From NCBI GenBank assembly GCA_038065555.1, contig JBBTQS010000001.1, forward strand, positions 741 through 64,740: a DNA stretch of 64,000 nucleotides, written 5' to 3'. Shown one piece after another: positions 57,430 through 64,000 of the stretch (its first letter is position 1; every line of letters starts with the position of its first letter). The notes under the pieces are model-generated. The model was not told the DNA's origin and made no database searches. It was given only the letters and a program-made list of their open reading frames with translations. Position numbers and translations under genes: made by a program. Origin of the DNA: Patescibacteria group bacterium (lineage in GTDB: Bacteria; Patescibacteriota; Patescibacteriia; Magasanikbacterales; JBBTQS01).

Positions 57430-58482
57430 ATGGACAAGAAGCCAGCACTCGTTACCGGTGGATGCGGATTTGTAGGACGACACCTCGTTCGCGCGCTTTT
57501 GGAGCGTGGCGATTCGATTTATATTATTGATAACCTCTCCACGGGCAAGCATCCAGATCAGTGGCTCGGTGGTGACAAGTTGTCTGATGCCGATGGACGA
57601 CTTGAGTATCGCGTAGGGGAACAGACAGTGACGTTCATTCGCGCTGATCTCTTGTCTTACTTGCATGCGCGTGTTGACGGCGGTGTTGTGGATGAGCTGC
57701 CAGCATTTGGCGATGTGTTCCATCTCGCATCTATTGTTGGTGGTCGCGCGCTGATCGATGGTGATCCGATGCGTGTGGCAACAGATCTCGGTATCGACGC
57801 GATCTTCTTCCTCTGGGCAACGCGTCGCAAGGACAAGATTGACCGATTGCTTTACGCGAGCTCGAGCGCTGCATATCCAACACAGCTCCAAGCCGAAGGA
57901 AATGTCATCAGACTCCAGGAGCCGATGATTACATTTGATGGTACGACGCTCGGTCAGCCAGATATGACATACGGTTGGAGCAAACTCACCGGCGAATACC
58001 TCGCCACCATCGCCGCGCGCCAGTACGGCATGTCTGTTGCATGTGTGCGACCATTTTCCGGCTACGGCGAAGATCAGGACCCGAGCTACCCAGTTCCAGC
58101 TATTGCGCTGCGTGTTGCGCGCCGCGAGAATCCAATGACCGTGTGGGGGACAGGCGAGCAAGGCCGCGACTTCATCCACATTGATGACTGCGTTGCTTTC
58201 ATGCTCTACATTCTCGATCACGTGCATGATGGTCGTGGAGTGAATATCGGCACTGGTGTGCTCACGAGCTTCAATCAGCTCATCGCGCTCCTCTCGCGCA
58301 TCGAGGGTTACTCTGCAGAGATCCAGCAACTGCTCGACAAGCCAGTCGGCGTGCACAATCGTGTGTGCGATCCAGTAGTCATGCAGTGGCTCGGCTGGAA
58401 ACCAAAAATTACTATCGAAGAAGGAATGCGTCGCGTGCTTGCACATGCGCATGTTCGAATTACTGACATCAACGCACTATGA
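57430..58482 (+). CDS. NAD-dependent NDP-sugar epimerase/dehydratase
   Basis: 'VTGGCGFVG', 'YASSSAAYP', 'YGWSK', 'WGTGEQGRDFIH'. Confidence 0.9.
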   Translation: MDKKPALVTGGCGFVGRHLVRALLERGDSIYIIDNLSTGKHPDQWLGGDKLSDADGRLEYRVGEQTVTFIRADLLSYLHARVDGGVVDELPAFGDVFHLASIVGGRALIDGDPMRVATDLGIDAIFFLWATRRKDKIDRLLYASSSAAYPTQLQAEGNVIRLQEPMITFDGTTLGQPDMTYGWSKLTGEYLATIAARQYGMSVACVRPFSGYGEDQDPSYPVPAIALRVARRENPMTVWGTGEQGRDFIHIDDCVAFMLYILDHVHDGRGVNIGTGVLTSFNQLIALLSRIEGYSAEIQQLLDKPVGVHNRVCDPVVMQWLGWKPKITIEEGMRRVLAHAHVRITDINAL

Positions 58483-59585
58483 TCACCCGCAAGATCGCAC
58501 TCATTACTACGACCATTAATGTTCCGAAGTTGCTCAGCGAGTATTGCGCCCAAGCACGTGCTGTTGGACTTACGGATTTCACGGTCATTGTCATTGGCGA
58601 CCGCAAGACACCACCGGAGGCTGCGACATTTTGTGCTGAGCTCGCGACACTGACGAGTTACACCGTTGAGTACTTTGATTGCGATCGCCAGATGGAGTAC
58701 CTCGCTGCAGTTCCACGACTTCGCGATCATCTCACGTGGAACTCGATCCAGCGCCGCAATATCGGCATCTTGCGCGCGTATGAACTCGGCGCCGAGATCG
58801 TGATTACGATCGACGACGACAACTTCATTGCCGAGGATAATTACTTCTCTCACTACGCACAACTCGGAGAACAGATCGAACTTGAGCAGGTGAGCAGTGA
58901 GTCTGGTTGGTTCAATGTGTGCAGCACGCTTGCTGCCCGTCAGAACTCGTACTTCTATCACCGCGGCTATTCTCCAGCTCACCGCACGACCGCAGATATT
59001 CCAACGACGTGGTCAAAGGCTACAACAACACCAGTTGTAATTGCTGGATTCTGGCTCGATGATCCAGATATCGATGCAGTGCAGCGACTCACAAGTCCGA
59101 TCGAGGTCACGGCGTACAATCGTGCAGAGAATTTCGCGCTTGCGTCTGGGACATGGTCGCCATTCAACTCCCAGAACACCGCGCTCCATCGCAGTATCAT
59201 CCCTGCGTATTTCCTCAGTCCGTACATGGGCCGCTACGATGATATCTGGGCAAGCTATTTGATTCGCGCGATCACGGATCATCTCGGCCACTCGATTTCC
59301 TTCGGCCACCCAATGGTCCGCCAGGTTCGCAACCCGCACAACTACTTCAAAGATTTCGAAGCAGAACGTCTCGGCATGCAAATGACCGATCGCGTCTGCG
59401 ATCGCCTGCGCAAGATCGCATTCACGGGCACAGACTACACCACGTGCATGCGCGAGGTCATCACTGCAATGGACGCCTGGATCGCCGAGGAAGGTGTCTG
59501 GACCGAAGTCGAGCTCGAGTGCCTCAAGAAATGGCGCGAAGGCTGCGACATCTGGGCCGAATCCATCGCACACTTCACACGCTAG
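58479..59585 (+). CDS. Reversibly glycosylated polypeptide / UDP-arabinopyranose mutase (GT75)- or STELLO-like protein
   Basis: 'IGDRKTP', 'RRNIGILRAY', 'ITIDDDN', 'HRGY', 'WLDDPDIDA', 'NSQNTA', 'GRYDDIWASY'. Confidence 0.72.
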   Translation: MITRKIALITTTINVPKLLSEYCAQARAVGLTDFTVIVIGDRKTPPEAATFCAELATLTSYTVEYFDCDRQMEYLAAVPRLRDHLTWNSIQRRNIGILRAYELGAEIVITIDDDNFIAEDNYFSHYAQLGEQIELEQVSSESGWFNVCSTLAARQNSYFYHRGYSPAHRTTADIPTTWSKATTTPVVIAGFWLDDPDIDAVQRLTSPIEVTAYNRAENFALASGTWSPFNSQNTALHRSIIPAYFLSPYMGRYDDIWASYLIRAITDHLGHSISFGHPMVRQVRNPHNYFKDFEAERLGMQMTDRVCDRLRKIAFTGTDYTTCMREVITAMDAWIAEEGVWTEVELECLKKWREGCDIWAESIAHFTR

Positions 59586-59595
59586 TACTATCTAT

Positions 59596-59660
59596 AAAAA
59601 CACAATGCCCCGGTCGCAGCTCCTCGTTCTGAGAAGTCTGCGCCGGGGCGTTGTTGTTGG
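59596..59660. terminator. Bidirectional terminator between convergent genes
   Basis: acaatgccccgg.cgcag...ctgcgccggggcgttgt inverted repeat with an A-run on the left. Confidence 0.65.
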
Positions 59661-59677
59661 GGAGCCGAAGCTCGTGA

Positions 59678-60559
59678 TCAGCGAGGTCTTTGGTACCTTG
59701 TGATCATCGGAGCTCGGTCTCGCCAGAGTTCGTCAGAGCACGCTTGGTCCTTTTCCAGTGACTGGATCGCCAGGACCTTCCACTCGGACCATGAGTGTGG
59801 CTCTGTGGGGTCTGGCGCATCTGACTCCTCTGCATCGTGGACCATGTCTGCGACGTTGCGCAATGCTTCTGATCCGAGGTTGTACCGGCATGCGATGAGT
59901 GCGGCACGTGCGTACTGCCGGTTTTCGACGAGGATCTGGTAGAAGGTGAGCGCGAAGAGACGGTTGTGGACGGTGGATAGTCCTGAGCGGTGCTCAATCC
60001 ACGCGAGCTGTTCTGCCTGTATGTACAGGACCGAACCAGGTGTAGTCTCGGGAGCGAGTTTGCTCAAGTCCTCCCTGAACCACGCGTTCGATCTCACGTA
60101 CTCGATGAGCTTTTCGCCAGCTTTCACTCGAGCTCGAGCATTCTTTGTGTCGAAGTGTTCGGTGTGCTCGAGTGTGTAGAGGAGCGCAAAGAGCGCGCCG
60201 ATGTGCAGTCGAATCATGGTGACAGTGTCGTCTGCACCAGATCGCACATCCTCGACAGATGGTTCGTCAGCTCGCTTGTTGTGCGGGTTGTGTACCCACG
60301 TGGGCATCTTCAGGCGACGTTGGCTACAGCGCACGATGTAGCGGCAGGTGTACGCGAACTTCTGCTCCCAGTACGCCGCAGCATCCTCCTTGCCGAGCTT
60401 CTCGCCCAGCGACCAGTGCAGCGCGATCGATTCGAGGTCACCCTCGAGTAACCGTTCGAACTCCCGATCGTGTGGGTGCAGGATCGTGGTCTGGGCGCTC
60501 GCGGTGTTACTGAGCAACACTGCGAGGACACTCACGACCATCAACATCTTTTTTCGCAT
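59678..60559 (-). CDS. Secreted orphan hypothetical protein
   Basis: Signal peptide 'MRKKMLMVVSVLAVLLSNTASA', SD ggag and TTGACA-N17-TATGCT promoter (60633-60661). Confidence 0.75.
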   Translation of the reverse strand: MRKKMLMVVSVLAVLLSNTASAQTTILHPHDREFERLLEGDLESIALHWSLGEKLGKEDAAAYWEQKFAYTCRYIVRCSQRRLKMPTWVHNPHNKRADEPSVEDVRSGADDTVTMIRLHIGALFALLYTLEHTEHFDTKNARARVKAGEKLIEYVRSNAWFREDLSKLAPETTPGSVLYIQAEQLAWIEHRSGLSTVHNRLFALTFYQILVENRQYARAALIACRYNLGSEALRNVADMVHDAEESDAPDPTEPHSWSEWKVLAIQSLEKDQACSDELWRDRAPMITRYQRPR

Positions 60560-60670
60560 TTGTGATCTCCATTGTGATGAACGAAATCGCGCAACATGCG
60601 CGACGGTAGAACCCCATACCAGGGGACGGACTAGCATATACCGATCCGCCAGAAATGTCAAGGTAACAAA

Positions 60671-60707
60671 CAACGACACACCTTGAGTTATTCAGTGTGT
60701 GTCGTTG
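60671..60707 (-). terminator. Hairpin terminator
   Basis: caacgacacac...gtgtgtcgttg inverted repeat downstream of the 60730 stop. Confidence 0.6.
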
Positions 60708-60729
60708 AGAGTTTTCATCGTGCGTATTG

Positions 60730-61332
60730 CTACGCGCCTCCTTTCCAGACGTTGGGCATTTGATTCGCAGGATCTGCGAAATAGCGCGAGACCCATCCAG
60801 GCGGTGGCATCTCGTCGTTGAGTCGTGCTGCGAGATGCTCGTACGCATCTGCGCCACTGCCGAATGTTGGACTGTCGAGTTCGCGTAGATACGCCGCCGC
60901 TTGCTCGTGTGTGATGAGATTGTTCTTGAGCGCGATCCAGACTGCGTGGAGTACGTCGTACTCTTCCCACCAGCCAGAGACTGCGAGTCCGTGCAACAGC
61001 TCCTTGAGCCTGATTGCGCCGGCAAAGCGTCCTCGATCTGGGTCGCGACTTTGTGCACTGCTGTTGTGATCGAGGCGTACCATGCGCTCGAGTTTCTCGA
61101 TGCTGTACTGCTCACACTTGGGTGCCATTTCGAACGGCATGTTCACGATGGTGAGCCCGCCGTGCACTTTTGGATACCCAGGTCCTGGAGCAAACAGTGC
61201 GAGTCGGACTACGCACCCGGTTTGGATGCGATTGGGATTGAGTTCGTTCAGGTACTTGATGAGTTTGGGGACGGAGCTTTTGATCGTTGAGGCCAGAGTC
61301 CACAATTCATCTGCGGTTTTGATGAGGAACAT
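60730..61332 (-). CDS. Hypothetical protein, possible GlcG/HbpS-like fold
   Basis: SD aaggaggt and TTGACA-N16-TAGGAT promoter (61374-61401). Motifs 'EKLERM..HNSSAQSRD...FAGAI...AVSG..E.YD'. Confidence 0.7.
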   Translation of the reverse strand: MFLIKTADELWTLASTIKSSVPKLIKYLNELNPNRIQTGCVVRLALFAPGPGYPKVHGGLTIVNMPFEMAPKCEQYSIEKLERMVRLDHNSSAQSRDPDRGRFAGAIRLKELLHGLAVSGWWEEYDVLHAVWIALKNNLITHEQAAAYLRELDSPTFGSGADAYEHLAARLNDEMPPPGWVSRYFADPANQMPNVWKGGA

Positions 61333-61446
61333 CTCGCTACCTCCTTGGCGAATCGCCATGTGAGACTACAGGCATCCTAGCAGTCTCGAGCCCATTGTCA
61401 ACAAGGTTCTGATCTGCTATTCTTGTGTCACTTTGTTCACAACACT

Positions 61447-62943
61447 ATGGCTACAGAAAACCACGGCAACGTCATCATCCGGTTCGACAACGTGAACTTC
61501 GCGTATACAGAAGATCGCCCCATTCTCGAAGAGGCGAATGCTTCGGTGCGCGAAAATGCAAAAGTCACCGTTATCGGTCAGAACGGCGCCGGCAAATCGA
61601 CGATTTTCAAAATGCTCATGCACGCGGCGCATCCTGAGACATACACCGAGTATGTACCGCAGCAAGGTGCGGTGAACGTCCGTCAGGGAGCAAGTCTCGC
61701 CATGGCTGAACAGGTGATGCGTCCAGAGTTCCTCGATCTCACGATTCTCGAATACTTTGCAACGGCGTTCAAGGAACAGAAGTACAACCTGCCCAAGCTC
61801 GCGCAAGAGGTGATGGATGTAGTGCATCTCGATCTTCCACAAGATCGCGTGATTCGTGCGCTCTCTGGTGGCCAGCAAGCGCGCGTGCTCCTGGCGTATG
61901 CACTCATCCAGAAGCCAGACATTCTCCTCCTGGACGAGCCTACCAACAACCTCGACGCTGAGGGCATCGGCAACCTCACCATGTTCCTCATCTTGTACGA
62001 CAAGACGGTACTCGTTATTTCGCACGACTCCGAATTCCTCAACTCGTTCACAGACGGCGTGTTGCAGCTCGACGTGCGCACACAGAAGCTCGAGCAGTAT
62101 GTTGGTAACTACAACGATGTAACCGAGCAGATCGCTGCACAGATCGAACGCGAAGAACATAAGAACGCACAGCTGCGCAAGAATATCCAAGACCGCAAAG
62201 ACAAGGTCAACTTCTTTGCCAACAAAGGAGGTAAGATGCGCAAGCTCGCCAGCAAACTCCGCGAAGAAATCGAAGAAGACGAAGAGAATGTGATTGATGT
62301 GAAGCGTGATGACCGCACGATGCGTGAGTTCACGATTCCATCACAGTCTTGGTCTGCGCCTATTGCGACCATCACGAGCCTCGGCATCATGGTCAACGGT
62401 GCACCACAACAGCGACCAGTAGATATCAAGCTCTGGCGTCGCGATCGTCTCCAGATTGTCGGACCAAATGGTATCGGCAAATCCACACTCCTCACCACAC
62501 TCGCATCTGGCCACGCCGAAGGATGTCAGATTGATCCAGAAGTGCGCGTAGGATTCTATCGTCAAGATTTTTCTGGACTGGATTACAATCAGACAGTGTA
62601 TGAGTCACTTGTGAAAGTACTGGGTAACGTAGGGGAGCCTGATCCGAAATTGATTTACGGCACCGCAGCGCAGTTCCTCCTCCCATCGTGGCTTCTCCAG
62701 AATCGCGTGGGCACACTTTCCGAAGGACAGAAGGGTTTGCTCTGCTACGCACGATTCGTACTCCAAGAACCAGGCTTGCTCATTCTCGACGAGCCTACCA
62801 ACCACATCAACTTCCGTCATTTGCCTGTCATTGCAAAAGCGATCGAAGAATTCCAGGGTGCAATTATTCTCGTGTCGCACATGCCTGAATTTGTATCGCA
62901 GATCAAGTTCACGCAGACACTCGATCTCGAACGGTTGATCTAA
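61447..62943 (+). CDS. ABC-F family ATP-binding protein
   Basis: Two NBDs (GQNGAGKS/LSGGQ/LLLDEPTNNLD and GPNGIGKS/LSEGQ/LILDEPTNH), a 'YVGNY' linker and no TM segments. Confidence 0.92.
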   Translation: MATENHGNVIIRFDNVNFAYTEDRPILEEANASVRENAKVTVIGQNGAGKSTIFKMLMHAAHPETYTEYVPQQGAVNVRQGASLAMAEQVMRPEFLDLTILEYFATAFKEQKYNLPKLAQEVMDVVHLDLPQDRVIRALSGGQQARVLLAYALIQKPDILLLDEPTNNLDAEGIGNLTMFLILYDKTVLVISHDSEFLNSFTDGVLQLDVRTQKLEQYVGNYNDVTEQIAAQIEREEHKNAQLRKNIQDRKDKVNFFANKGGKMRKLASKLREEIEEDEENVIDVKRDDRTMREFTIPSQSWSAPIATITSLGIMVNGAPQQRPVDIKLWRRDRLQIVGPNGIGKSTLLTTLASGHAEGCQIDPEVRVGFYRQDFSGLDYNQTVYESLVKVLGNVGEPDPKLIYGTAAQFLLPSWLLQNRVGTLSEGQKGLLCYARFVLQEPGLLILDEPTNHINFRHLPVIAKAIEEFQGAIILVSHMPEFVSQIKFTQTLDLERLI

Positions 62944-62964
62944 GGGCGCGTCTCAATAATGAAA

Positions 62965-63030
62965 TAAAAAAGCGAAGAGGGCGGTCGACGGTGCACACGT
63001 GATGTGTGTTCCGTCGCCGCCCTCTCGTTG
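62965..63030. terminator. Long-stem bidirectional terminator
   Basis: A-run followed by agagggcgg.cgacgg...ccgtcgccgccctct. Confidence 0.7.
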
Positions 63031-63032
63031 GT

Positions 63033-64000
63033 TCAGTCCGCGTTCTCCGGCGCGAACTTCATCTCCTTGTCGCTGGTCCCGTCGCTGGCTTCGCCACCGT
63101 CGGTACCTTCCTCTGCCGGTTCCCCCAGATCACAGCCGAGCAGCGCGATCTGCTCGGTGTCTAGCTCGGTGGAGAGGTCGTCGCACAGATGCTCCGCGAA
63201 CGCCGTCTTGCTCAAGTCGGTCTCATCGTCCATGGCGACCTCCCATGACTCCATGAGCTCCTTGACGCCGGATTTGATCTTTTGCTCTAGGGCATCCTTT
63301 GTGAGCCCAGAAGCGATCTCTTCCAGCGCGATGTGCTCGATGTCGCTCAGGTAGAGGATCTCCGATGCCAAGGACGCGCGACTTTGCAACCCACAGATGG
63401 AATGCGATCGACTGCACGCCGGTTGGAACACCACGAGGTCCTCCGGTCCGTGGACGACGTACGAGTGAGCCACCTTGAGGTAGTGCCTCGCCACGTCCAT
63501 CCGCTTGGCCCACGTCTTCTCCAGGCCGTACGCCGTTCCTTTGGGGAAACGGTTCGCGACCTCGGCAGCGTTGTTCGTTGCTGCGAAATCTCGATACGCA
63601 GAGATCGGAGCAAGACACATCCGCCATGCAGTCTCTGCCTGGTGGAGCGCAGCGATGACCTCATCTTCGGTGGTCAGGTCGCCGGGGAGGGGGACGATTT
63701 CGTGCTTCATGCACTCATCGATTTCGCTGTCCCGGTAGTCGACGAAGTTGGGCGATGGCTCCTCGCACTTCCAGTCCTCGAGCTTCTTCTCGGCACTGAG
63801 CGCGCGAGCCTTCCAGTCGATGATCGGGTCTTGCGTGTCCACGACCGGCCCGACGTACTTGATCTCCGTAGGCGGCAGCTCGATCGGGTTCTGCTTGATC
63901 TGCACCTCTGGCACGCGCCGTGGCGCAGGATCGAGCACCTGCTCCTCTCTGCCGCAGCCGACCAGGCTGCTCCAGAGGATTGCCACGAGCAGCACCCACA
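63033..64000 (-). CDS. GC-rich orphan putative lipoprotein, 5'-partial
   Basis: Frame is open to the window end; lipobox-like 'SSLVGC', GC3-biased codons and an acidic tail. Confidence 0.7.
   Translation of the reverse strand, partial: WVLLVAILWSSLVGCGREEQVLDPAPRRVPEVQIKQNPIELPPTEIKYVGPVVDTQDPIIDWKARALSAEKKLEDWKCEEPSPNFVDYRDSEIDECMKHEIVPLPGDLTTEDEVIAALHQAETAWRMCLAPISAYRDFAATNNAAEVANRFPKGTAYGLEKTWAKRMDVARHYLKVAHSYVVHGPEDLVVFQPACSRSHSICGLQSRASLASEILYLSDIEHIALEEIASGLTKDALEQKIKSGVKELMESWEVAMDDETDLSKTAFAEHLCDDLSTELDTEQIALLGCDLGEPAEEGTDGGEASDGTSDKEMKFAPENAD

Overview
This window looks like chromosome from a Patescibacteria (CPR) bacterium, probably ABY1/Uhrbacteria- or Magasanikbacteria-like. That placement is inferred from VirB2-type pilin-fused giant proteins, the ybeY-ftsA-ftsZ-nrdR order and core genes lacking Shine-Dalgarno sites; translation uses code 11. 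Left third: a GT-C membrane glycosyltransferase, a ~2.2 kaa Gly-rich/FN3 surface protein, lepB-hisS-rpsU-yqeY, two pilin-fused Ig/Cys-rich proteins (625 and 3056 aa) and two Ca-binding-repeat membrane proteins. Middle: ybeY-ftsA-ftsZ-nrdR-ogt-htrA, pyk and lexA-dinB, then an accessory island around tRNA-Asp. The island holds a GC-rich Cys-repeat lipoprotein with a long structured leader and a decayed IS1595 element. The IS cargo includes a self-contained unit of promoter, four-way-junction RNA, 51-aa ORF and terminator. Right: a ~21 kb glycan locus with a putative branched/dideoxy-sugar pathway and a plant-like module (exostosin GT47, GT-C, GT2, epimerase, RGP/UDP-arabinopyranose-mutase-like), followed by orphan genes with consensus sigma70 promoters and an ABC-F ATPase. 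Two small ORFs missed by the ORF track (34 aa Arg-rich; 51 aa) are supported by their own promoters and terminators. No CRISPR array, rRNA, reverse transcriptase or prophage was seen.
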